Shown here: in pieces, positions 14,030-23,977 of the stretch | How the letters are laid out: every line of letters begins with the position of its first letter | Numbering within the stretch: position 1 is the first letter of the stretch | Source of the DNA: a virus | Taxonomy: Duplodnaviria > Heunggongvirae > Uroviricota > Caudoviricetes > Ackermannviridae | Length of the DNA stretch: 31,279 nt | IMG/VR virus record: IMGVR_UViG_2974515140_000001 | Span: 1-31,279 of that record | Strand: one strand, 5' to 3' | Made by a program: the position numbers and the translations under genes | Notes under the pieces: model-generated | The model's database searches: none | What the model was told of the DNA's origin: nothing | Seen by the model: the letters and a program-made list of their open reading frames with translations, nothing else

Positions 14030-16030
14030 ATGAACGAAATGTTTAGTCAAGGTGGTAAAGGTTCGACTGGAATCTTAACCAATAAACAAGCAGTAGCCAG
14101 ACACTTTGGTGTTAAACAATCTGAGGTTGTTTATGCCAAAGCGGGACAGTCATTGTCTGGTTATAAAGTGATCTACGATAAGTTGTCTCAACGTGCCTAC
14201 GCTCTCCCTTCTAACATTGGTGCTGTAACGGTCACCAGTTTGGTCGACGGCATCCTCACACACTCTGGAGGAACTGTAGATTTGGGTGCGCTGGCCGTAT
14301 TGCGTGAGGAATACGTCATTCTGATAGAAAATTTCACTTCTGGATTTACGATTCGTGTCAAGAACGAAGTCGTGAGCGATGGGGTATACTTGTATCGTTG
14401 GGATGGGGAACTCCCAAAGATCGTACCTCCTTCTTCTACGCCTTTGAATTCTGGTGGGATCGGAGTTGGTAAGTGGGTTCTTAGTGATAGAACGAAGGCC
14501 GAACTTGGAAGTTCTTCTGGAGCCGGGATGAGTGGGTTTGACCCATTCTATACGTACCCTGATAAAACAGTTGGGAATTATTTGTCACAAGTGCCAGGGT
14601 CAGATAATACAGGCATGAATAATTCTTTGGATTCGTTTAATGCAGCCATCTTGAAACTCGCTCTTAAAGGTGGGGGTGTCCTTCACCCAGAGCCGGGAAT
14701 TTACAAAATATCCGGCGGGTCGGTTTTACTCCCATCATATGTTACTTTGGATCTTCGTGGGTGTGAACTTCGTGGCGATGGGAAAGGGACAAACACACTC
14801 ATAGCTTCTGGGTGGGTCGAAAATGGGACTCTGATAGATATTACGCCAGAATATGGAACCGGCGGCGGTGATGGCAATGGAACTCACTTCGTTATACAAG
14901 CCCGCGTGTTTGGTGGCAAGCTGACCAATGCCGGGATAGGCATCCGAGGCCAACGTTTTAACTACGGCACCACCATAGAGGGTGTATGGTTCGAAAATTC
15001 GCTTTCTCAGGGTTGGTTTACAACTCATTCATGGGGGTTAAAAGTAACACGTTGTTTGGCTCGCGCGACTTGTAAGATGCTGGACTTTGTTGATTGGACC
15101 GAGGTTTCAAACAATGATTTTGAAGGTCTTGCATATTTCGTTTCTGGTTACGTGGGCCTGATCATTGGAACTGGTGGATACGGGGGTAGTTACAGTTGCC
15201 GTATTATATCCAATGGGTTCCACCAAATGGAGACAGCCATAAAACTTGAAGGTGAAATAGACGATTTAGTTATTGAAAGTAACCATTATGAACGTACCGT
15301 ATACCATGTGGTGGGTGATCAATACACGAAGACTAATTTCCGAATCAAACATAACTGGATGAAAGCAAACCTTGCACACCCAGATGACCCGAGTCTGGAA
15401 CCACCAACCAAACCTGGTGTTATCCCTATGGTTTTCCAGAACCTGAAAGATTCAGACATCGGGCCAAACAGATTTACGAATGATTCCGGCTCTACTTATT
15501 CAGCACACATTGTGGCCACTGGTGATGAATGTTACGGCAACCGCTACTATGTTGGTTACAAAACAGATGTTGATAACGATTTTTCAAAAATCCAGATGTC
15601 TAATGCAAACGCGTTGTATGTTATGCGTGGTTCTAACAACTCCACGATTTCCCAACCTAGCATTGAATTACGATCTGGTAGTGCGGCATATACTGTAGAG
15701 AAGTACAAAGCTAGCTACAACATGCAACTAAACAAGATTCCACTTTGTGATGTTTATCTAGATGGTTCTGGAAACGCGACCGTCACCACTTGGTTCCAAC
15801 AGAGCGACCAATTACTTGGAGCCTTCAGTTTCAGGTTTGTTGGTAGTTCAGCAACTGCGGTCGTTGCTGGAACATTCTGCTATGATACAGCGAATGTGAC
15901 TATCAACAAAATATCCTCCGGTGGGTCGTTACCAATCGCTATTGGTGCTGCCGGAGATGGGAGATTAACCATATCTTTTGCACAAGTCCCGGTCGGCGCA
16001 AGCATTACAGGTTGGGTTAAACAATTGTAA
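14030..16030 (+). CDS. TSP1: tailspike TSP1 (two head domains plus beta-helix), 666 aa
   Basis: N-terminus MNEMFSQGGKGSTGILTNKQAVARHFG is Kuttervirus TSP1. Head is homologous to the TSP3 head (VDLG.LAV.REEYV, YRWDG.LPK). GAGG SD present. Confidence 0.9.
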   Translation: MNEMFSQGGKGSTGILTNKQAVARHFGVKQSEVVYAKAGQSLSGYKVIYDKLSQRAYALPSNIGAVTVTSLVDGILTHSGGTVDLGALAVLREEYVILIENFTSGFTIRVKNEVVSDGVYLYRWDGELPKIVPPSSTPLNSGGIGVGKWVLSDRTKAELGSSSGAGMSGFDPFYTYPDKTVGNYLSQVPGSDNTGMNNSLDSFNAAILKLALKGGGVLHPEPGIYKISGGSVLLPSYVTLDLRGCELRGDGKGTNTLIASGWVENGTLIDITPEYGTGGGDGNGTHFVIQARVFGGKLTNAGIGIRGQRFNYGTTIEGVWFENSLSQGWFTTHSWGLKVTRCLARATCKMLDFVDWTEVSNNDFEGLAYFVSGYVGLIIGTGGYGGSYSCRIISNGFHQMETAIKLEGEIDDLVIESNHYERTVYHVVGDQYTKTNFRIKHNWMKANLAHPDDPSLEPPTKPGVIPMVFQNLKDSDIGPNRFTNDSGSTYSAHIVATGDECYGNRYYVGYKTDVDNDFSKIQMSNANALYVMRGSNNSTISQPSIELRSGSAAYTVEKYKASYNMQLNKIPLCDVYLDGSGNATVTTWFQQSDQLLGAFSFRFVGSSATAVVAGTFCYDTANVTINKISSGGSLPIAIGAAGDGRLTISFAQVPVGASITGWVKQL

Positions 16031-16035
16031 ACGAG

Positions 16036-16062
16036 AAGCCCCTTGATTGGGGCTTATTTCTT
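16036..16062 (+). terminator. intrinsic terminator after TSP1
   Basis: AAGCCCC-TTGATT-GGGGCTT followed by ATTTCTT. Confidence 0.75.
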
Positions 16063-16085
16063 TCTATTCCTCGGTTGGCTGTATA

Positions 16086-16119
16086 CTAAATATCTCTATA
16101 ATGGCACCTATCGTTGGAG
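16086..16119 (+). promoter_or_regulatory. late promoter CTAAATA plus weak SD-occluding stem (VrlC-like gene)
   Basis: CTAAATA at 16086-92; CTCTA (16094-98) / TGGAG (16115-19). Confidence 0.65.
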
Positions 16120-16126
16120 CATCAAA

Positions 16127-19100
16127 ATGCAATCTACAAATTTAAACCGTCGCCCGTATTGGGATGACTGGAATCCTGGGAAACGTTTTTCACGGATTCT
16201 TTTTCGTCCGATGCCTATCAAGGTTCAGACTCGCGAACTGAACCAGATGCAGACTATTCTTCAGGATCAAATTGAAAAACTAGGCAACCATTTGTTCAAA
16301 GATGGTTCTATGGTTATCCCTGGCGGTCTGACGATTACCAATGCCGCAGTCTCTTTGAAATTCACTTTGGCTGGCGGTACTGAATTCACTGATCTGGAAG
16401 GTATTTCTGAACTCTACGTTTTGGGGAAGGACAATAATGCCAAAGCGCGTGTGTTGTCTCTTGAACGTGATCTGTCTGCTCCTGATACGATGCTGGCTAT
16501 CCTTGAGATGACTGAAGCGGGTAATGCTGACGGATTCCATGTTAACGATAATCTGTATTTCCAGACTTACGACGTGAATGATAATTTCATTCGTATTGGT
16601 TATGGTATCGCAGCTGCGGTGACTGGTTCTATCGTCGCTCGTATGACGAAAGGCGTTTACTTCATTCGTGGGATGTTCCTAGACGTTGATGACGCAACTC
16701 TTATCGTTGATAAAACTTCTAACATCACTTCCCACCGCATCGGATTTAAAGTCACCGAAACTATTGTCACCGAAACAGAAGATGAATCCCTTTATTCAAA
16801 TGCTCAGGGAACGATTAACTCCAAAGCCCCAGGCGCTCATCGTCTTCGAATAGATCTGGTCTTATCTCGATTTGATTATGATGCTGTGGTTGAAGACTTT
16901 GTTGAACTGGCCAAAGTTCGTGATGGTAAAATCCAGTCTATGGTGACTCAGTCCACCTATAATATTCTGGAAGACACGTTAGCCCAACGGACGTATGAAA
17001 CCAACGGCGATTACAACGTTTCAACGCACCAGATCGACATCCGCGAACACCTGAAAGTCAATAACAATGGTGGTGTATTCAATGCTGCTGATGGCGGCGA
17101 CGAAAGTAAATTCGTGTCTGTAATGAAACCAGGTATTTCCTATGTTCGCGGTCGCCGTATCGAAAACGTCGGGGAAGAGTTGGTGATCGTTGATAAGGCG
17201 CGGGATACCGATGTCCTGAATAACACCCCTGTTGCGGTGGCCACAGGCAATTATCTGGTCACCAAGAATTCTAAAGGTGTGCCAGTGATATCCCGCACCG
17301 TTCGATACAAATTACTGAATGCTTCAGGCGTTACCCAGGCTACAGCACTTTGTATATCAGCTGAACGTAATTCAACAGAATTTCGTCTGTATATGCGCGA
17401 CCTGGTCGTTACTGGCGATGCATCCACTATCACCAAAGTGTCTTACGAAGAAAGCGGTATCACCATGTTCTCTGCTGAACTTGAATCCAATCAGTTTAAC
17501 CAGAGTTCTATGATAGATCTGATCTTCTCTCTTCCGGTATTCGGTGTCAAGACTTTAGCACCAACTGGCTCCGTGGATATCAACTACACTGTTCTCAGAA
17601 CGTATAAAGTGACGTTGGACAACAGCGGCGCGGGTTCTATTTCTGCTCCATTGGGATATAGTTTTTCCCCAGAATTTTCGTTGTACTCTGCAGCGAAATC
17701 AGATGGTTCGGAAGCGCAGTTCGATATCTCTGGTTCTTTGTCTTTGACTGGTTCTCCGGTCGGTTCGGCGCTGCAGATTTCTCTGGGCAGTGGTAATGCT
17801 AACCAGTCAATCAATTTGCTGGCGCTGATGATTCGTACCACGGCCACAATCAAAACGAAGACCATCACTGAAACAACTGAAACAGTGACGTTCACCTCGC
17901 AGACTAGCCGTCCTTTGGCGAATCACGATGGTTGGAAATTGGTATCGGTCAAAAACGATACTGGCGCAGACGTGACCTCCAGCTTCGTCCTAGATGGCGG
18001 ACAGCGTGATGCAGGGTATTACAAGTCTAACTTGTTATCCAGCGCTGGAGCAATCTCAGGGACGTATACAGTGGTGTATCAATACTTCGCCCACAGTTCC
18101 GGTGATTTCTTCTCTGCTGATTCGTATACTTCGATGGATTATAAAGATATCCCGAATTATACATCATCTACATCAGGCGCGGTGTACGGCCTGGCAGATA
18201 GTTTGGATTTCCGTCCGAAAATTACCAACGGAACTTCTGACACAGATATGGTTCGTCCAAACACTGCAGTTATTCTGGACACAGAATATTATCTGCCGCG
18301 TATTGACGCGATTTATCTGGCAGACAACGGTGTGTTTGGTGTGGCTCGAGGCATTAGTTCTAATAATCTGGCTTCTCCAGCAATCCCAGCGAACGCCATG
18401 CGTTTGTATGAATTGTTGATCCCGCCGTATACGCCGAATATTGATGATATCCAAATTCGAACTATTGATAATCGTCGTTATACGATGCGCGATATCGGTA
18501 AACTGGAAACCCGTATTTCCAATGTTGAATACTATACCTCTTTGTCACAGCTGGAATCTTCAGCGATGACACAGCAAGTGTTCGACCCCATCACGGGTAA
18601 TCCCCGTTTCAAAAATGGTATTGCGGCTGATCCGTTCAAAGACTTCCGGTTGATTGATGACTTGTCTGAAGATTGGATGGGTTCTATCGATACCGAAAAC
18701 GGACGTCTGCGCCCGTTTGTACAACAGAACGTTGTTGACATGACTCCTGTTGGCTGGAACAAAGTGATGGATGGAATGGTGGTTTGTAATTACACGCCTG
18801 AAATCTCGGTGAACCAAGAATATGCGACGACGACGATCAACGTTAACCCGTATGCTGTATTCAATTGGGAAGGTTTCTTGAAGATTAACCCGACCACAGA
18901 CTACTGGTTCGAAAACTATTATGTTGCACCGCGTATTATCAATGAAACGATCAACACCCGTGGTACTGTACAAGAAGGTTCAGTGTACGGAACATGGCGG
19001 ACTGTTTCTGTTTCTGATCGTGTTTGGGAGCCGCATGGTGCTGGTGGTGTGTGGTGGGGATATCGTTACCGCACGACTGTTTCTGCCCGTGATGTCACCA

Positions 19101-20965
19101 CATATACATACACGGACAAAACAACCACGACCATGACCGGCGAACAGATTGTGGAGACGCAAGTTATCCCATACATGCGCGAGATCGATATTTCTTTCGA
19201 CGCATCTGGGCTGCGACCTTTCACTCGTATGTATGCGTTCTTCTCTGGTCGTGACGTCAATCTGTATTGCAAACCGAATGGTGGTAATTTCGGTGACCCA
19301 ATCACCACTGATGCCAATGGTGCTGTTAAAGGTGTATTCCGCGTTCCACAGAACGATACAATCAAGTTCAACACAGGCGACAACGTGTTCCGCTTAACGG
19401 ATAGCCCTGTTGACAGTAAATCTGCGGATGATACACTGACCAATGCAGAAATTGTTCATAAATCTTTCGGTAAGAAACAAGGTATTCAAAAGACCTTTGT
19501 CAACACTCGTGTCCTGGGTTACACTGCTAGTACTCGCACCGAAACTTCTACTTCTGAAGTGGTTGTTGATCAATGGCGTGATCCGATTGCCCAATCGTTT
19601 ATGGTGGCGACTAAGATTGGCGGCGAGTATATTGAAGGCGTGGAAGTATTCTTCTCTACCAAGTCACGTGATGTTCCGATCACTCTGGAAATTCGCGAGA
19701 TGGAGAATGGCTTACCTTCTCATACAGTCATTACTCGTAAAACTTTGAACCCGTCTGAAGTGGCGATCTCTACAGACTCTTCCGGCGGTACGAAGTTCAC
19801 CTTTGATTATCCGGTGTATCTGCAAGCATCGACTGAGTTTGCTATCGTTTTGTTGGCGAATACTCAGGATTACAACGCGTATATCGCGGAAATGGGCAAG
19901 AAAAACCTTCTGTCCAACGAATATATCGCCAAACAACCGTATACAGGGGTGTTCTTCACTTCTTCAAACGGTTCTACATGGTCTCCAAACCAAATGGCTG
20001 ATATGAAATTCCGCATATATCGTTGTAACTTCGCTGCGGGACAGAACGTTGTAACATTTGATCCGAAGCTCGGGCCAAAACAACGTCCGTTGGGATTGAA
20101 CACTCTGAACTGCGTAAGCGGGTCTTCTGTTGTGACTGTGTTTGCACCTGGTCATGGTTTGGTTGCTGGGAACAATGTCACTCTTTCTGAATTGACAGGC
20201 GGTTGTGGCTTTACTCCTGAACAACTTAACAAAACGTTTACTGTGACAGATGCGAGTTATACTTCATTCAAGATTGACGTCGGTACGGCAGCAGACAGCA
20301 ATGGACAAATCGGTGGAGATAATGCTTCTTTCTTGGGCAATTATCTGGTTGATATGTTCTATGCCAGCGTTACCAATTCGGCTCTGGAAGGTTCAATTCT
20401 GAAATTGGAATACCGTTATCGCGATGCCACTTCAAATTCTATGTCTGATTGGGCTGAGTTTGAAACTGACACTGACGTGGCATTGCCGACTGAAGGTATC
20501 TATCGTCAGGTCGGGGATTTCCAAATCCGAGCCACCATGACGCGTAGTGAAAACAACGTGTACACTGCTCCAATGATTGATGGTGATGACCTAAGTGTGA
20601 TCTTCAACTCTTATGGCGTAGATCCTTTTGAAGACGTTTTCAAATATGTCACAAAGGACATTGGTTTCGATAACCCATGTTCGACTGTGAAACTGTTCTT
20701 CGGGGCGATGCTGCCTTCTCAATCCTCCATGAAGGTGCAGGTGAAACTTCTAAGAGCAGGGCAAGAGATGGATAGTGTGGCTTGGGAAGACGTCACCCCA
20801 ACTTCGCCTCTGGTTAACGACGGTTCCACATTCTTTGAATATGAGTATGACAAGACTGTGGCGAGCAATAACCCGTTTGTTGGCCTGAAAGTCCGAGCGC
20901 TTGTACGGGGGAACCGCGTTGCTCCTCCATCATTCAAAGACTTCCGTCTTATTGCTCTGGCATAA
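16127..20965 (+). CDS. vrlC: VrlC-like large virion structural protein (DUF4815-type), 1612 aa
   Basis: MQSTNLNRRPYWDDWNPGKRFSRILFRP...VQTRELNQMQT, RTYETNGDY, LETRISNVEYYTSLS and DPIAQSF are typical motifs of this family. Conserved position after the TSP cluster; start at ATG 16127 with GGAG SD. Confidence 0.88.
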   Translation: MQSTNLNRRPYWDDWNPGKRFSRILFRPMPIKVQTRELNQMQTILQDQIEKLGNHLFKDGSMVIPGGLTITNAAVSLKFTLAGGTEFTDLEGISELYVLGKDNNAKARVLSLERDLSAPDTMLAILEMTEAGNADGFHVNDNLYFQTYDVNDNFIRIGYGIAAAVTGSIVARMTKGVYFIRGMFLDVDDATLIVDKTSNITSHRIGFKVTETIVTETEDESLYSNAQGTINSKAPGAHRLRIDLVLSRFDYDAVVEDFVELAKVRDGKIQSMVTQSTYNILEDTLAQRTYETNGDYNVSTHQIDIREHLKVNNNGGVFNAADGGDESKFVSVMKPGISYVRGRRIENVGEELVIVDKARDTDVLNNTPVAVATGNYLVTKNSKGVPVISRTVRYKLLNASGVTQATALCISAERNSTEFRLYMRDLVVTGDASTITKVSYEESGITMFSAELESNQFNQSSMIDLIFSLPVFGVKTLAPTGSVDINYTVLRTYKVTLDNSGAGSISAPLGYSFSPEFSLYSAAKSDGSEAQFDISGSLSLTGSPVGSALQISLGSGNANQSINLLALMIRTTATIKTKTITETTETVTFTSQTSRPLANHDGWKLVSVKNDTGADVTSSFVLDGGQRDAGYYKSNLLSSAGAISGTYTVVYQYFAHSSGDFFSADSYTSMDYKDIPNYTSSTSGAVYGLADSLDFRPKITNGTSDTDMVRPNTAVILDTEYYLPRIDAIYLADNGVFGVARGISSNNLASPAIPANAMRLYELLIPPYTPNIDDIQIRTIDNRRYTMRDIGKLETRISNVEYYTSLSQLESSAMTQQVFDPITGNPRFKNGIAADPFKDFRLIDDLSEDWMGSIDTENGRLRPFVQQNVVDMTPVGWNKVMDGMVVCNYTPEISVNQEYATTTINVNPYAVFNWEGFLKINPTTDYWFENYYVAPRIINETINTRGTVQEGSVYGTWRTVSVSDRVWEPHGAGGVWWGYRYRTTVSARDVTTYTYTDKTTTTMTGEQIVETQVIPYMREIDISFDASGLRPFTRMYAFFSGRDVNLYCKPNGGNFGDPITTDANGAVKGVFRVPQNDTIKFNTGDNVFRLTDSPVDSKSADDTLTNAEIVHKSFGKKQGIQKTFVNTRVLGYTASTRTETSTSEVVVDQWRDPIAQSFMVATKIGGEYIEGVEVFFSTKSRDVPITLEIREMENGLPSHTVITRKTLNPSEVAISTDSSGGTKFTFDYPVYLQASTEFAIVLLANTQDYNAYIAEMGKKNLLSNEYIAKQPYTGVFFTSSNGSTWSPNQMADMKFRIYRCNFAAGQNVVTFDPKLGPKQRPLGLNTLNCVSGSSVVTVFAPGHGLVAGNNVTLSELTGGCGFTPEQLNKTFTVTDASYTSFKIDVGTAADSNGQIGGDNASFLGNYLVDMFYASVTNSALEGSILKLEYRYRDATSNSMSDWAEFETDTDVALPTEGIYRQVGDFQIRATMTRSENNVYTAPMIDGDDLSVIFNSYGVDPFEDVFKYVTKDIGFDNPCSTVKLFFGAMLPSQSSMKVQVKLLRAGQEMDSVAWEDVTPTSPLVNDGSTFFEYEYDKTVASNNPFVGLKVRALVRGNRVAPPSFKDFRLIALA

Positions 20966-21017
20966 ATAATGTTGAAAGGTGGGCGTAAAGCCCACCAAAC
21001 CAATAGAGGATAAAGAT

Positions 21018-21266
21018 ATGCGTGGAGTGAAAGTACAGGGGCACGCATCCATGTTGAGAAGCAGTTCTTGCCCTGGCGCGATTATTTGCACCGATCACGC
21101 CGCTGGCATGGCTGCATTGCAAGCCCGTCAACGCAATGAAACCCGTGAAGCCACCATTGTTGAACAATCAAACCAGATATCTAATCTGGAGGCGACAATC
21201 AAAATGATGGCCGAAAAGTTGGGGATCGAAATCCCCGAAGGAGGTCAGAATGGCGACGCAAGCTGA
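21018..21266 (+). CDS. conserved hypothetical protein following VrlC, with coiled-coil C-terminus (82 aa)
   Basis: GAGG SD before ATG 21018; resembles the small KV.GH..L.R....GAII.TD proteins found after VrlC in T4-like phages. Confidence 0.8.
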   Translation: MRGVKVQGHASMLRSSSCPGAIICTDHAAGMAALQARQRNETREATIVEQSNQISNLEATIKMMAEKLGIEIPEGGQNGDAS

Positions 21267-21591
21267 AAGAACGGGGCTTGACATCCGTGGTATCTTAACC
21301 GCTGTCGTGGCTTCTGCATTGGTCTCGGCAGCATCGTTCCTTTGGTTCATGGGCGGGATGGAAACGCGCGTGAATGTATTGGAACGAGATTCCAACAAGA
21401 TGGATCAAGTTCTTCAGAAAGTGAATGACATGAGTGAACGTATGGCGATCATGAATACTGACCTCGCATATGTCAAACAAAACATGGCTGAGTTAAAACT
21501 CAATAGCAGCAGTCTTTCAGATGATGTTCGCACACTGCGGATTACTGTATCTGATTTGCAGCAAAAGGGGAATAACAATGGCCGTCAATAA
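21250..21591 (+). CDS. hypothetical protein with N-terminal TM segment and coiled coil (113 aa)
   Basis: GGAGG SD; overlaps both neighbours; hydrophobic ILTAVVASALVSAASFLWFM followed by a heptad-rich region. Confidence 0.82.
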   Translation: MATQAERTGLDIRGILTAVVASALVSAASFLWFMGGMETRVNVLERDSNKMDQVLQKVNDMSERMAIMNTDLAYVKQNMAELKLNSSSLSDDVRTLRITVSDLQQKGNNNGRQ

Positions 21592-22330
21592 GATTCGAGA
21601 CAAAAAATCTTTTATGAATTATGTCTTGCGTAAATTGGGCGCTCCTGTGATCCAAATTAACCTTGACAGTTCACAAGTCGAAGATGCAGTCGATGATGCT
21701 CTGCAGAAATTTTGGGAATATCATCGTGATGGTAGCCAAGATGCGTTCTTCCTGTACCAAGTTAAACAAGAAGATATCGACAAGGGATATATAGAATTTC
21801 CCGATGATATTGACGATGTGATTGAAGTTATCCCTGGACCTCCGATTGAGTCAATCGGAAACTGGGCAACTCCTCAATGGCAAATGGCTCAAGCAATGCT
21901 TGTCCCCAAAGCAGCGCTGGTTTCTATTCGTCTCATTGATTATGTTTCCATGCAACAACGCCTGTCGGATATCACAAGCGTCTTAAATGTTCGCCGTAAT
22001 TTTGTGTACAAGAAGTTCCAGCGACGCCTTTACCCGCAGTTTGCTGCCATTGTTGATGAAACTCTGGCTTTTCGTTGTTATCAAAATATCGACCCCGAAT
22101 CGGAAGAAAACGCTGAAGCATGGAATGATATGTGGTTGAAAGCGTATGCGACTGCATTGGTCAAGCGCCGTTGGGCAGAGGTGCTTAAGAAGGCAAGAGG
22201 CATCCGTCTCCCTGGTGGTATCGAACTGGATGGTGATAGTATGTTCAGTGAGGCCGAGACCGAGATAGAGCGGCTGGAGGAAGAATTGCGTACTGGTCAG
22301 CAATACCCTATCGATTTTATGATGGGATAA
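21578..22330 (+). CDS. gp13: neck protein gp13 (250 aa)
   Basis: LRKLGAPVIQINLDSSQVEDAVDDALQKFWEYH.DG and WLKAYATALVKRRW...LPGGIELDG are gp13 motifs. Confidence 0.93.
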   Translation: MAVNKIRDKKSFMNYVLRKLGAPVIQINLDSSQVEDAVDDALQKFWEYHRDGSQDAFFLYQVKQEDIDKGYIEFPDDIDDVIEVIPGPPIESIGNWATPQWQMAQAMLVPKAALVSIRLIDYVSMQQRLSDITSVLNVRRNFVYKKFQRRLYPQFAAIVDETLAFRCYQNIDPESEENAEAWNDMWLKAYATALVKRRWAEVLKKARGIRLPGGIELDGDSMFSEAETEIERLEEELRTGQQYPIDFMMG

Positions 22331-22333
22331 GAG

Positions 22334-22360
22334 AAGGCGGGTTATCCCGCCTTTCTTTTT
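22334..22360 (+). terminator. intrinsic terminator between convergent genes (likely bidirectional)
   Basis: AAGGCGGG-TTAT-CCCGCCTT followed by TCTTTTT; A-rich flank on the left. Confidence 0.8.
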
Positions 22361-22571
22361 ATAACTTGATGTCGCGTCCGGAAGGATCTGAATTTGCTAG
22401 AATATAACCATCAACCACGTTCTTTTCGTCCCACCATTCAATAAAATCATTACCCTTTTCGCCTTTGATAAGACCCACAATGTTATATGAACCATCGGCG
22501 ATTTTAGCATCTACACAGATAATTCTCACACGCCTTCCGTCACGAGTTTCTTTAATATCTTCAACCTTCAT
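22359..22571 (-). CDS. small hypothetical protein, antisense between gp13 and gp14 (70 aa)
   Basis: GAGG SD on the minus strand; fills the intergenic gap exactly; ends at the terminator; TRDGRRVRIIC motif. Confidence 0.75.
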   Translation of the reverse strand: MKVEDIKETRDGRRVRIICVDAKIADGSYNIVGLIKGEKGNDFIEWWDEKNVVDGYILANSDPSGRDIKL

Positions 22572-22602
22572 TTATCAATTCCTCAAAAGAATTAATGATT
22601 GA

Positions 22603-22627
22603 CTAAATACCTTCAAAATTGAGGGTA
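22603..22627 (+). promoter_or_regulatory. late promoter CTAAATA plus SD-occluding hairpin (gp14)
   Basis: CTAAATA at 22603-09; TACCTTCA (22608-15) / TGAGGGTA (22620-27) cover the GAGGG SD. Confidence 0.75.
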
Positions 22628-22632
22628 AAGTC

Positions 22633-23274
22633 ATGGCTACTTCAAAATATTTCAACTATACGGCACACCAAGGTACTCAAAAATTAATTGATGACTTGGT
22701 GGTCGAGATGATACAATTGCGTGGGATTGACGTCAAGTATATCCCACGTTCTATTGTTGAAAAATACCCAATTTTAAACGAGGCTGAACACAAATTCGAC
22801 CAAGCGTTTGACATCGAAGTGTACATGCAGGATTATCAAGGCTTCAACACACAGATGTGGGAAAAGTTCGGCGGTATCCAATTACAAGATGAAGTGACAT
22901 TCACTATTGCTCGTCGTCGTTTTTCAGAAGTTATTGGTAATGGTCCAGGCCTTGAACAAATGCCTCAAGAAGGTGATTTGATATATCTGCCTATGGCTAA
23001 CAAAATATTTAAAGTGAATAACCCGAATAACGATGAAGAATTCATGCAATTTGGGAAATGGTACACATATTCTCTACCATGTACGTTGTTCCAATACGGT
23101 AACGAAGATTTCGATACAGGTGTATCTGAAATAGACGATATTGATAAACGATTGCAGGATCTGGAAGGAGACGGTGTGTACAAAGACGCCAGCCTGCAAA
23201 CGGATAACCAATTTGCGGACGAAATAGAGAAAGATCTTTCGCCCAATAAAATGAAGATAGACTTCGGGGAATAA
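22633..23274 (+). CDS. gp14: neck protein gp14 (213 aa)
   Basis: LVVEMIQLRGIDVKYIPR, KFGGIQLQDEVTF and PQEGDLIYLPM motifs. Confidence 0.93.
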   Translation: MATSKYFNYTAHQGTQKLIDDLVVEMIQLRGIDVKYIPRSIVEKYPILNEAEHKFDQAFDIEVYMQDYQGFNTQMWEKFGGIQLQDEVTFTIARRRFSEVIGNGPGLEQMPQEGDLIYLPMANKIFKVNNPNNDEEFMQFGKWYTYSLPCTLFQYGNEDFDTGVSEIDDIDKRLQDLEGDGVYKDASLQTDNQFADEIEKDLSPNKMKIDFGE

Positions 23275-23276
23275 TC

Positions 23277-23975
23277 ATGGCCAGACCATTTGAAAAATAT
23301 TTCTACCATGAATCGTTGTTGAAATATATCCATGTTTTCAACGCTATCATGTCGGATTTAAAAGTCAAAACCGAACGTGGCTTGATGGAAATCCCGCTGC
23401 ATATGGCCATTGGCCGCCGTAATGACCTCAACAGGAACGTGCCAGCCAATATGCTGCCATTTGCAACAATGTCCTTTGGTCAGTTCGAAATCAATAAACA
23501 GGTGACCAAGTCGTATCACAATCAGATATCGACTGTAACTGCGCGGTCCAAACAACGAATTCCGATCATTATAGATTTTGAATATAACATCAGAACGAAG
23601 AAACTGGTCGAAATGCTACAGGTGTTGGAACAAATTTATTCTGTGTTCACTCCTTCTATTGATTGTCAGATAAAAGACAACGATACGTTATCTCAAGATC
23701 AGAACGTGAAGATAATGTTGGTAAATCACACGATTTCTGACAACTGGGAAGGAGACGCAACAGAATCACCACACATAGATTGTTCATTCAATTTTCAATT
23801 ACATGGTCACATCTATGGAGAAGATTATTGGGTTGATGATGGTTCGGGCGGTGGGGATCCAAACGTCATCAAAGAGATAATTATTGAAATGTCTAATGAT
23901 TTGAACATGCCATGGTCGGAACTCCCTGAGTGGTTCCGAGTTGATAAAGACGGCATACATCATCCGGAGGATTGA
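23277..23975 (+). CDS. gp15: tail sheath stabiliser/terminator gp15 (232 aa)
   Basis: YFYHESLLKYIHVFNAIMSD and MLQVLEQIYSVFTP motifs; position after gp14. Confidence 0.88.
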   Translation: MARPFEKYFYHESLLKYIHVFNAIMSDLKVKTERGLMEIPLHMAIGRRNDLNRNVPANMLPFATMSFGQFEINKQVTKSYHNQISTVTARSKQRIPIIIDFEYNIRTKKLVEMLQVLEQIYSVFTPSIDCQIKDNDTLSQDQNVKIMLVNHTISDNWEGDATESPHIDCSFNFQLHGHIYGEDYWVDDGSGGGDPNVIKEIIIEMSNDLNMPWSELPEWFRVDKDGIHHPED

Positions 23976-23977
23976 CC

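Noticed and set aside
16127-20965. VrlC as a phage-borne virulence factor
   Set aside because: The name is historical. It is a conserved virion structural protein in this phage family and nothing in the sequence supports a toxin role.
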